From Octopus sinensis (lineage: Eukaryota), in the NCBI RefSeq assembly GCF_006345805.1, contig NW_021832845.1:1-64000 (forward strand): a DNA stretch of 64,000 nt, in the 5' to 3' direction. The notes under the pieces were generated by a model. That model did no database searches. It had not been told where the DNA came from and saw nothing but the letters and a program-made list of their open reading frames with translations. This document shows positions 24,234 through 34,950 of the stretch, in pieces. Positions within the stretch are counted from its first letter, which is position 1. Each line of letters opens with the position of its first letter. The position numbers were made by a program, and so were the translations under genes.

Positions 24234-24594
24234 CTGAAATAAGATTAAGATTAATGTATAAAATAAATAACGCTGAAGCAAAGTAACATCAAATATATAG
24301 TGCGTGTGTTTTTATTGGCTAAACAGGCAAAATGACCATTCCTAAATACAAAAATATATAGCCTTTGTTTTTAATAAAAACTAGTAATATCTCCCAAGCT
24401 TGACCGTTTTCATATTAACCTATTAAAAAATACTTTCGTTTCTATTATACAAATTCCAGTTTAAAGTGATCTAAAGGAAAAGTCCCCATCAAAATTTCCA
24501 GTAACACTATGTTGCACACATTAGCTTGGTAATGACAAGGTTATTTTACTAAAATCTTCATAATTTTCAAAATTTATTTATATGGTCGGTCGGA

Positions 24595-24930
24595 ATCCCC
24601 TTCAGTCACAACACAGACCATGGGATTGCACCTAGAATGTTACCTTCCAAGTCACAAGTCTGGGCAAGGTTGTTTGTGGAAGACCAGCAATCACCCATGC
24701 ATATCGGCCTCCCCTCTCTACGCCACAGATGTTATCCAAGGGAAAGGTAAAGGGGCCGATACAGCTTGGCACCCGTGACGTTGCAACTCATTTCTACAGC
24801 TGAGTGAACTGGAGCAACATGAAATAATGTGTCTCGCTCAAGAACACAACATGCAGCCCGGTCCGGGATTCGAGCTCACAACCTCACGATCGTAAGCTCG
24901 ATGCTCTAACCGCTGAACCATGTGCTTTCA
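24595..24930 (-). mobile_element. tRNA-headed SINE (third subfamily) inserted in a TTAA-MITE remnant
   Basis: Minus strand head GGTTCAGCGGTTAGAGCATCGAGCTTACGATCGTGAGGTTGTGAGCTCGAATCCCGG; flanks ~24520-24580 and ~24935-24975 resemble the MITE of the 169-bp array. Confidence 0.65.
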
Positions 24931-25019
24931 TACAAAACCAATGTATTTCAACAGAAATATGGTAAGAAATAGGTTGACACACCGAGACGACTATATTTAA
25001 AAGATTAGCTAATCCCCTT

Positions 25020-28000
25020 CAGATCTGTCCATGATTTAGAAGGGTTATATAGGATATGCAAAGGGGTTTGACTTTCTTCTTCTAGCACAGAAATGCAAGG
25101 TCAACAGATCAGTCCATGATTTAGAAGGGTTATATAGGATATGCAAAGGGGTTTGACTTTCTTCTTCTAGCACAGAAATGCAAGGTCAACAGATCAGTCC
25201 ATGATTTAGAAGGGTTATATAGGATATGCAAAGGGGATTGACTTTCTTATTCTAGCACAGAAATGCAAGGTCAACAGATCAGTCCATGATTTAGAAGGGT
25301 TATATAGGATATGCAAAGAGGATTGACTTTCTTCTTCTAGCACAGAAATGCAAGGTCAACAGATCAGTCTATGATTTAGAAGGGTTATATAGGATATGCA
25401 AAGGGGTTTGACTTTCTTCTTCTAGCACAGAAATGCAAGGTCAACAGATCAGTCCATGATTTAGAAGGGTTATATAGGATATGCAAAGGGGATTGACTTT
25501 CTTATTCTAGCACAGAAATGCAAGGTCAACAGATCAGTCCATGATTTAGAAGGGTTATATAGGATATGCAAAGGGGATTGACTTTCTTCTTCTAGCACAG
25601 AAATGCAAGGTCAACAGATCTGTCCATGATTTAGAAGGGTTATATAGGATATGCAAAGGGGTTTGACTTTCTTCTTCTAGCACAGAAATGCAAGGTCAAC
25701 AGATCTGTCCATGATTTAGAAGGGTTATATAGGATATGCAAAGGGGATTGACTTTCTTCTTCTAGCACAGAAATGCAAGTTCAACAGATCTGTCCATGAT
25801 TTAGAAGGGTTATATAGGATATGCAAAGGGGTTTGACTTTCTTCTTCTAGCACAGAAATGCAAGGTCAACAGATCTGTCCATGATTTAGAAGGGTTATAT
25901 AGGATATGCAAAGGGGTTCGACTTTCTTCTTCTAGCACAGAAATGCAAGGTCAACAGATCTGTCCATGATTTAGAAGGGTTATATAGGATATGCAAAGGG
26001 GTTTGACTTTCTTCTTCTAGCACAGAAATGCAAGGTCAACAGATCTGTCCATGATTTAGAAGGGTTATATAGGATATGCAAAGGGGTTTGACTTTCTTCT
26101 TCTAGCACAGAAATGCAAGGTCAACAGATCTGTCCATGATTTAGAAGGGTTATATAGGATATGCAAAGGGGTTTGACTTTCTTCTTCTAGCACAGAAATG
26201 CAAGGTCAACAGATCAGTCCATGATTTAGAAGGGTTATATAGGATATGCAAAGGGGATTGACTTTCTTCTTCTAGCACAGAAATGCAAGGTCAACAGATC
26301 AGTCTATGATTTAGAAGGGTTATATAGGATATGCAAAGGGGTTTGACTTTCTTCTTCTAGCACAGAAATGCAAGGTCAACAGATCAGTCTATGATTTAGA
26401 AGGGTTATATAGGATATGCAAAGGGGTTTGACTTTCTTCTTCTAGCACAGAAATGCAAGGTCAACAGATCAGTCTATGATTTAGAAGGGTTATATAGGAT
26501 ATGCAAAGGGGTTTGACTTTCTTCTTCTAGCACAGAAATGCAAGGTCAACAGATCTGTCCATGATTTAGAAGTGTTATATAGGATATGCAAAGGGGATTG
26601 ACTTTCTACTAGCACAGAAATGCAAGGTCAACAGATCAGTCTATTATTTAGAATGGTTATATAGGATATGCAAAGGGGATTGACTTCATTATTCTAGCAC
26701 AGAAATGCAAGGTCAACAGATCAGTCTATTATTTAGAATGGTTATATAGGATATGCAAAGGGGATTGACTTCATTATTCTAGCACAGAAATGCAAGGTCA
26801 ACAGATCAGTCCATGATTTAGAAGGGTTATATAGGATATGCAAAGGGGATTGACTTTCTTATTCTAGCACAGAAATGCAAGGTCAACAGATCAGTCCATG
26901 ATTTAGAAGGGTTATATAGGATATGCAAAGGGGATTGACTTTCTTATTCTAGCACAGAAATGCAAGGTCAACAGATCAGTCCATGATTTAGAAGGGTTAT
27001 ATAGGATATGCAAAGGGGTTTGACTTTCTTCTAGCACAGAAATGCAAGGTCAACAGATCAGTCTATTATTTAGAATGGTTATATAGGATATGCAAAGGGG
27101 TTTGACTTTCTTATTCTAGCACAGAAATGCAAGGTCAACAGATCAGTCCATGATTTAGAAGGGTTATATAGGATATGCAAAGGGGTTTGACTTTCTTATT
27201 CTAGCACAGAAATGCAAGGTCAACAGATCAGTCTATTATTTAGAATGGTTATATAGGATATGCAGAGGGGTTTGACTTTCTTCTTCTAGCACAGAAATGC
27301 AAGGTCAACAGATCAGTCCATGATTTAGAAGGGTTATATAGGATATGCAAAGGGGATTGACTTTCTTATTCTAGCACAGAAATGCAAGGTCAACAGATCA
27401 GTCCATGATTTAGAAGGGTTATATAGGATATGCAAAGAGGATTGACTTTCTTCTTCTAGCACAGAAATGCAAGGTCAACAGATCAGTCCATGATTTAGAA
27501 GGGTTATATAGGATATGCAAAGGGGTTTGACTTTCTTCTTCTAGCACAGAAATGCAAGGTCAACAGATCAGTCCATGATTTAGAACGGTTATATAGGATA
27601 TGCAAAGGGGATTGACTTTCTTATTCTAGCACAGAAATGCAAGGTCAACAGATCAGTCCATGATTTAGAAGGGTTATATAGGATATGCAAAGGGGTTTGA
27701 CTTTCTTCTTCTAGCACAGAAATGCAAGGTCAACAGATCAGTCCATGAATTAGAAGGGTTATATAGGATATGCAAAGGGGTTTGACTTTCTTCTTCTAGC
27801 ACAGAAATGCAAGGTCAACAGATCAGTCCATGATTTAGAAGGGTTATATAGGATATGCAAAGGGGATTGACTTTCTTATTCTAGCATAGAAATGCAAGGT
27901 CAACAGATCAGTCCATGATTTAGAAGGGTTATATAGGATATGCAAAGGGGTTGACTTTCTTCTTCTAGCACAGAAATGCAAGGTCAACAGATCAGTCCAT

Positions 28001-28615
28001 GAATTAGAAGGGTTATATAGGATATGCAAAGGGGTTTGACTTTCTTCTTCTAGCACAGAAATGCAAGGTCAACAGATCAGTCCATGATTTAGAAGGGTTA
28101 TATAGGATATGCAAAGGGGATTGACTTTCTTATTCTAGCATAGAAATGCAAGGTCAACAGATCAGTCTATGATTTAGAAGGGTTATATAGGATATGCAAA
28201 GGGGATTGACTTTCTTATTCTAGCACAGAAATGCAAGGTCAACAGATCAGTCCATGATTTAGAAGGGTTATATAGGATATGCAAAGGGGATTGACTTTCT
28301 TATTCTAGCACAGAAATGCAAGGTCAACAGATCAGTCTATGATTTAGAAGGGTTATATAGGATATGCAAAGGGGATTGACTTTCTTATTCTAGCACAGAA
28401 ATGCAAGGTCAACAGATCAGTCCATGATTTAGAAGGGTTATATAGGATATGCAAAGGGGATTGACTTTCTTATTCTAGCACAGAAATGCAAGGTCAACAG
28501 ATCAGTCCATGATTTAGAAGGTTTATATAGGATATGCAAAGGGGATTGACTTTCTTATTCTAGCACAGAAATGCAAGGTCAACAGATCAGTCCATGATTT
28601 AGAACGGTTATATAG
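25020..28615. repeat. 85-bp tandem array (~42 units)
   Basis: Unit CAGATCAGTCCATGATTTAGAAGGGTTATATAGGATATGCAAAGGGGTTTGACTTTCTTCTTCTAGCACAGAAATGCAAGGTCAA; period 85 (AGATC at 25021, 25106). Confidence 0.97.
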
Positions 28616-28924
28616 CAAAAGCAAACACAGGGCTTCTGTCAATTTTTGCCATTAATAATATTTTTCTCTTCAAATTCAACCTTGATGATTAACTGGAAAA
28701 TGTCACTCATTTCTATAACAATTAAATAGTATAACTGACAGATAATCCTAGGTAATGAAACTAACTAATCCATTCCTTGAACTATAAAAATATCCCACCA
28801 GGGATTATTATCAAAACTTATCAATTCAAAACAGAAAAGAAAATATAATACAGAAGCAAACCTTGAAATTGTCAAGTTACAAACTTTGAATTTGTGTAAA
28901 TATTATGAAAATATTCGTGCAGCT

Positions 28925-29310
28925 GTTGTTGTTGTTATTATTATTATTGTTATTATTCAGTAGTTTTATTTTTATAGCGTGCTTTCACTTCACTACCGAG
29001 CACAGCTCTGTGTGCCTTGGGTATGTGCTGTGATTTGTTGTGATGCTCTGATATTATTATTATTATTGTTATTATTATTATTATAATAATTATTATTATT
29101 ATTGTTCTTCTTCTTATTATTATTATTGTTAATATTTTTATTATTATTATTGTTAATATTATTATTATTGTTGTTGTTGCTGTTTTTGTTATTATTGTTG
29201 TTGTTATTAATATTATTATTATTATATATTATTATTATTATTTATATTATTATTGTTAATATTATTATTATTATTATTATTATTATATTATTATTATTAT
29301 TAATAATTAG
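28925..29310. repeat. (TTA)n/(TTG)n microsatellite
   Basis: Low-complexity trinucleotide tract. Confidence 0.9.
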
Positions 29311-29311
29311 G

Positions 29312-29525
29312 AGGGCAGAGAGGTGGCTGAATTGTTAGCATGCCAGACAAAATGCTTAGCAACATTTTGTCCATCTTTATATTCTGAGTTAAAAATCTGC
29401 CAAAGTCTACTCGACCTTTCATCCTGCCAGGGTCAATAGAATAATTATTAGTTGAACACTGGGGTCGATATAATCAACTTATCCTCTCCCCGCTAAAATT
29501 GCTGGCTTTGTGCCAAAATTTGAAG
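29312..29525 (+). mobile_element. SINE, family with GACCTTTCATCC...GGGGTCGAT body; copy on - strand at ~41860-42055
   Basis: Shared CTGAGTT.AAAT.C.GC..A.G.C.AC...G.CTTTCATCC and CTGGGGTCGAT.TAATC motifs. Confidence 0.6.
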
Positions 29526-29995
29526 CCATTTCAGAACCATTGGCATGCCAGGCAAAATGCTTGGAAGTATTTCAAGTCCCTCCACTATCAGGGGTTTTAC
29601 TTTGACTTTGTTTCATTCATTGTATGACTTTTTACATGCTATAATCCACACTGTACCCTCCCAAATGTTTTCCTTTGTGGTCGCCCTCAGTGGTTAATAC
29701 AGAAATTATTATAAATCATTTCCTTACTGTTTATCTTCAACTGAATATTTTCACCCTGAAGGTTGGCATTATGAAGTTTCAGAGGCAAATGATCGTTCAT
29801 TCTCTTATTGTTGACATTTCCACTGTGGACAGCAATTCCTGAAATAAAGAAATCGGTTAAGAAGTTTTCTTCACAATCATATGGTTGTGGGTTCAGTCCC
29901 ACTGCACGGCACCTTGGGAAAGTGTCTTCTACTACAGCCTCAGCTTGTGAGTGGATTTGGTAGATGGAAACTGAAAGCAGCCTGTAGTGTATATG

Positions 29996-30044
<49 letters not shown>

Positions 30045-30154
30045 AAGTTCAGCAAAATTTAGATTCCAATGAATATGGTACTTAAGTTAGATGCACCAGA
30101 ATTTGGTATGGTGTTATCCATATAAATCTGTGGGTGGTTATAATCAAAATAATT

Positions 30155-30412
30155 AACAAGAATAACTTCGGTAATTTGGTACGATCGTTTCATGCTACAT
30201 CATTTTATTAAATGTTGTAAATATTACAAGAGTTTTAAAATTAAATTAATACATAATTTTCATATTATATGAAAATTATGTAATAATGGAAAACCTCTAT
30301 TAATGACTGATGAGTGCTCAGCATATTTTAAAACTGTTCTAATACTTACAACATTTAATAAAATGATGTAGCGTGAAATGATCGTACAAAATTACCAAAG
30401 TTATTCTTGTTT
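30155..30412. mobile_element. Foldback MITE with ~87-bp arms; left part repeated at ~34855-34935
   Basis: AACAAGAATAACTTCGGTAATTTGGTACGATC...AATGTTGTAAATATT is inverted as AATACTTACAACATT...GATCGTACAAAATTACCAAAGTTATTCTTGTT. Confidence 0.75.
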
Positions 30413-30538
30413 CTTATTTTGATTATATATATATATATATATAATTTCAACAATTGAGGGTAAAATTAATTAATTATTAATTAATTTCACCAAGTATTCA
30501 GTATGTAAAGGGACCATTTAAGGCGAATTCAAAATATT

Positions 30539-31110
30539 ACATTATATAAAAGGGCTTAGTAAAATAAATTACTTTGCCACATACTGAACTCATTAGAAAT
30601 AGCAGCTAAAAGATTTTTTCAGCTATTTCTAATACTTAAAGAAAATCTCTCTCAGATAGTGTTTGCTCAAACCAACTCACGAAGGTATGGGGGTAAAAGC
30701 ATTAAAAAAATCACAAGTGCAAAGGTTATTTGAGAACGTACGTTTCTAGATTAGTCAAATCGACATTTCTTTCGTCAGCTCAGAACTCCTTGATTCGGAT
30801 TTGGGAACACTGAAAGTGGGAGCATACCCTTTTGGCTTCTTATCACCTCCTGAGATCCGCTCGAACTGACAGTGCTAACAAATTCAAAATATGCAAGCTA
30901 ATCTAGAAACGTACGTTCTCAAATAACCTTTGCATTTGATTTTTTAATGTCTTTACCCCCATACTTTCGTGAGTTGGTTTGAGCAAACACTATCTGAGAG
31001 AGATTTTCTTTAAGTATTAGAAATAGCTGAAAAAATTTCTTTAGCTGCTATTTCTAATGAGTTCAGTATGTGGCAAAGTAATTTATTTTACGAAGCCCTT
31101 TTATATAATG

Positions 31111-31111
<1 letters not shown>
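30539..31111. mobile_element. Foldback element with ~215-bp inverted arms
   Basis: ACATTATATAAAAGGGCTT...CGTACGTTTCTAGATTAG (30539-~30752) is the reverse complement of CTAATCTAGAAACGTACG...AAGCCCTTTTATATAATGT (~30898-31111). Confidence 0.85.
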
Positions 31112-31142
<31 letters not shown>

Positions 31143-31146
<4 letters not shown>

Positions 31147-33550
31147 AAAAAGGAGGCTGGGCGGCAGGTCTACATTGCCAAAGATGTAGCAGAAAAGAAG
31201 AAGTTTGCCAATGTCCAGCGTCGCGAGGATCAAAGAGCTGAAGTATTTCGGATTGCCAGACAGTGTGTCAGAGAAAATAGCGATGTTATAGGAGAGAAAT
31301 GTGTCCGCATGGATGATGGGGCACTTGCTTTTACTACTAGTGAAAAGAAAGAGGCTTGGAGAAGCCATTATGAAAGACTGCTGAATGAGGAGAATGAATG
31401 GGAGGAAGAGAGCCTGCCAAATGTTGACCCAGTAGAGGGACCAGCTACCCGAATAGACAGCTCCCTTGTAGATAAGGCAATTAAGGATATGAAACCAGGC
31501 AAAGCCCCTGGCCTATCAGGAATCACTGCTGAGATGCTTAAAACAGCTGGCTATGTGGGCTATGCCATAGTCACCCGCATTGTAAACCAGGTAGTCCACA
31601 ATGGAGTCATACCCAATGACTGGTGCAGCAGCACCATAGTCAACTGCTACAAGGGTAAGGGTGATGCTCTAGATAGAAATAACTACAGAGGTATCAAACT
31701 GTTGGACCAGGTGATGAAGGTCTCAGAGAAGGTCATAACCAATCTCATTAGGGAGAGAATTTGTTTAGATGAAATGCAGTTCGGTTTTGTACCAGGTAGA
31801 AGCACCACTGATGCTATATTCCTGGTCCGACAACTGCAGGAGAAGTACCTAGCTAAAGATAAACCCCTCTACATAGCTTTTGTAGACTTGGAGAAAGCCT
31901 TTGACAGGGTTCCCCGTTCCCTTATCTGGTGGTCAATGCGGAAACTGGAGATTGAAGAATGGCTAATAAGGGCTGTACAGGCTCTATACAGAGAGGCTGT
32001 CAGCAAGGTTAGGATTGGCAACGAATATAGTGAAGAATTCCGGGTAGAAGTAGGTGTGCACCAGGGCTCAGCCTCAGTCCCCTTTTATTCATCATAGTCC
32101 TTCAGGCAATAACAGAGGAATTCAAAACGGGATGCCCCTGGGAGCTCCTCTATGCCGATGACCTAGCTCTCATAGCAGAATCACTACCGGAACTAGAAGA
32201 GAAATTTCGGGTGTGGAAGCAAGGGTTGGAATCAAAGGGCCTTAAAATAAATGTAGCAAAGACCAAAGTATTAGTAAGCAGCAAGAGGTACTCAGCACAC
32301 ATCCCCTCGGGTAGGTGGCCCTGCTCAACCTGTAGGAAAGGTACAGGTAGAAACTCCATAAGATGCACCCAATGTAAGTTATGGACACATAAGAGGTGCA
32401 GCAACATTAAAGGGAAATTAACAGATAAGATAGCTTTCATGTGCGGCAGATGCACAGGGACAATAGACACAACAGACACTCAGAAAACAGATTCCATCAC
32501 ACTCCAGGGAGAGAAACTAGAAGTAGTTGATAGTTTCCGCTACCTGGGTGACCAAGTTAGTAGCGGAGGTGGATGCACAGAGAGTATCACCACTAGAATA
32601 CGAATAGCCTGGGCAAAGTTCAGAAAGCTCCTACCCCTACTGGCAACAAAAGGTCTCTCCCTCAGAGCAAAAGGTAGATTGTATGATGCATGTGTGCGAA
32701 CTGCCATGCTTCACGGTAATGAAACATGGGCTGTGACTGCAGAGACATGCGTAGACTTGAAAGAAATGAAGCTAGCATGATCCGCTGGATGTGTAGTGTC
32801 AGTGTGCACGCAAAACAGAGTGTAAGTATCCTGAGAGAAATGCTGGATATAAGAAGCATCAGATGTGGTGTGCAAGAGCGACGCTTGCGATGGTATGGTC
32901 ATGTGCTGCGGATGGATGAAGAGAGATGTGTGAAGAAGTGCCACTCCCAAACAGTTGAAGGTATCAGGGGGAGAGGTAGACCCAGGAAGACATGGGATGA
33001 GGTGGTCAAGCATGACCTCAGAGCATTGGGCCTCACTGAGGCAATGGCGAAGGACCGAGATCTTTGGAGATATGCTGTGACTACAAAGACCCGGGCTGCT
33101 TTCTGCAGCAATTCCACATACCCGCTACCCATTCTAAGTACCCCGGATCCCCAAGAGGCAATGGCGAAGGACCGAGATCTTTGGAGATATGCTGTGACTA
33201 CAAAGACCCGGGCTGCTTTCTGCAGCAATTCCACATACCCCCTACCCATTCTAAGTACCCCGGATCCCCAAAGTACCCCGGACCTCGTTGCCCCCGTGCC
33301 GCTGACACGTTAAAATGCTCGAACCGATCGTGACGATGCCGGACCCTCCGGCCCCTGTGCAGGTGGCACGTAAAAAGCACCCAATCCACTCTCGGAGTGG
33401 TTGGCGTTAGGAAGGGCATCCAGCCGTAGAAAACCTGCCAGATTCAGACTGGAGCCTGGAGCGGCCCCTGGCTTCCCAGACCCGGTCGAACCGTCCAACC
33501 CGTGCTAGCGCGGAAAGCGGACGTTAAACGATGATGATGATGATGATGAT
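31143..33550 (+). mobile_element. 5'-truncated RTE-clade LINE with 117-bp internal duplication
   Basis: RT motifs (YKGKGD..NYRGIKLL, QFGF.PGRST.DAIF, FVDLEKAFDRVP, GVHQGS, LLYADD, PHD-like CTQC/CGRC); (GAT)n tail; 33038-33154 repeated at 33155-33271. Confidence 0.93.
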
Positions 33551-33556
33551 ATATCC

Positions 33557-34294
33557 GCTCCACCGGTCACTCCTTGCAACACCTATCTGTGTTCGGTTTG
33601 TCCTTACACAGAGGCCATCCGGATTCCCGTTTGCGCCGTGAACAGGAATTAATCTTCTCTCTTCGCTCTTATACGCCATTTGGTCTCAACTCTCCCCCCC
33701 TCCTCATCTAACCCCCCTCTCCCACCTCCTCACCTATCCTTTCTCCCCCCAACCCCTACTTCTTCAGTCCTTCATCCTTTCACCCCTACTCGCCTTCCCT
33801 TCTTCCCTCTTTCTCCCTCCCTCTTCCCCTTCCTCTGCTCCCTCACTCCCTCTCTCCCCCTCTCTCCTCCTTCATCCCCCTCCTCCCCTTCCTTCTCCCC
33901 CTTCCTCTCCTCTTCCCTCTTCTCCTCCCCCTCTTCTTCCCCTCCCCTTCTCTCCCCCCTCTTCCCTCTCCCCCTCTTCTCCCCCTCCCCCTCTTCTCCT
34001 CACTACACCACATGACTTTACACATCACATCACATATGATGTGCCATACTAATACACACACCAACTAATACATACTAATACGTACTAATACATACTAGTA
34101 CATACTAATACTTACACCAACCCTATACATACACACGTCCAGACCCCGCATACGCACTTATACTCTCTCACACACACACACACACACATACCTATACATA
34201 CCAATACGTACTAATACATACTAATACATACTAATACATACACCAACCCCATACATACGCATGTCCAGACCAATCTTACGCACTAATACTCTCT

Positions 34295-34333
<39 letters not shown>

Positions 34334-34699
34334 ATACATACTAATACATACACCAACCCTATACATACACACATCCAGACCCCTCCCACGCACTTTTAGC
34401 TGGTCCCTCAACCCTTTTATCAACCCTATTATCTCCCCTTATTTCGCTCTCGCATCTCATGTTGATCTTTGACCTCTGGCCGAAATCAGATCGCCATGTT
34501 GATTCGTTAGCTACTGCACGCATTTTTTTCTCTCCTTCTTTCTGTGTTTTTCTCTCTCTGTGTATCTTTCTGTTGAAGAGCGTAGGCTCGAAACGTTAAA
34601 GACTTGTTTTATTTATATTTCCTGAGCGCCATACTAATACAATTGTTCGTTTGTTTTCCACCTGCCTTCGTCTTTTGTTTATTTTCATAAAGCTTCCCG

Positions 34700-34705
<6 letters not shown>
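33557..34705 (+). mobile_element. 3' remnant of a Penelope-like element: GIY-YIG C-terminus, polypyrimidine and ATAC repeats, hammerhead-like tail
   Basis: 33565-33693 translates GHSLQHLSVFGLSLHRGHPDSRLRREQELIFSLRSYTPFGLNS, matching the PLE endonuclease end (GHS...R..REQ.LIF.L....P.GLN). The tail CCACCTGCCTTCGTCTTTTGTTTATTTTCATAAAGCTTCC also occurs at ~17580-17620. Confidence 0.75.
34565..34602 (+). ncRNA. Minimal type I hammerhead-like motif (variant core)
   Basis: Stem I TCTTT/AAAGA; core CTGTTGAA (A6>U, extra A); stem II GAGC-GTAG-GCTC; GAAA; palindromic ACGT stem III; GUU triplet; lies in a PLE tail. Confidence 0.55.
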
Positions 34706-34739
<34 letters not shown>

Positions 34740-34950
34740 CGGGAAGCAAAATATATAACAGCAAAATTTAGATTCCAATGAATATGGTACTTAAGTTAGA
34801 TGCACCAGAATTTGGTATGGTGTTATCCATATAAATCCGTGGGTGGTTATAATCAACAAGAATAACTTCAGTAATTTGGTACGATCGTTTCATGCTACAT
34901 CATTTTATTAAATGTTGTAAATATTACAAGAGTTATACATATATGTATAT

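Noticed and set aside
12305-28615. 169-bp and 85-bp arrays as CRISPR-like loci
   Set aside because: Units are contiguous near-identical monomers with no unique spacers; no cas genes; eukaryotic context.
25020-28615. 85-bp unit as a half-nucleosome partner of the 169-bp unit
   Set aside because: No sequence similarity between the two units; the 2 x 85 ~ 169 relation is probably coincidence.
29102-29338. Leu/Ile-rich ORF as a membrane protein
   Set aside because: Translation of a (TTA)n microsatellite.
30300-30335. CTGATGAG as another hammerhead core
   Set aside because: No stem II followed by GAAA and no cleavage triplet; lies in the loop of a foldback MITE.
33680-34064. Pro/Ser-rich and Gly/Arg-rich ORFs
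   Set aside because: Polypyrimidine/polypurine tract within the Penelope remnant.
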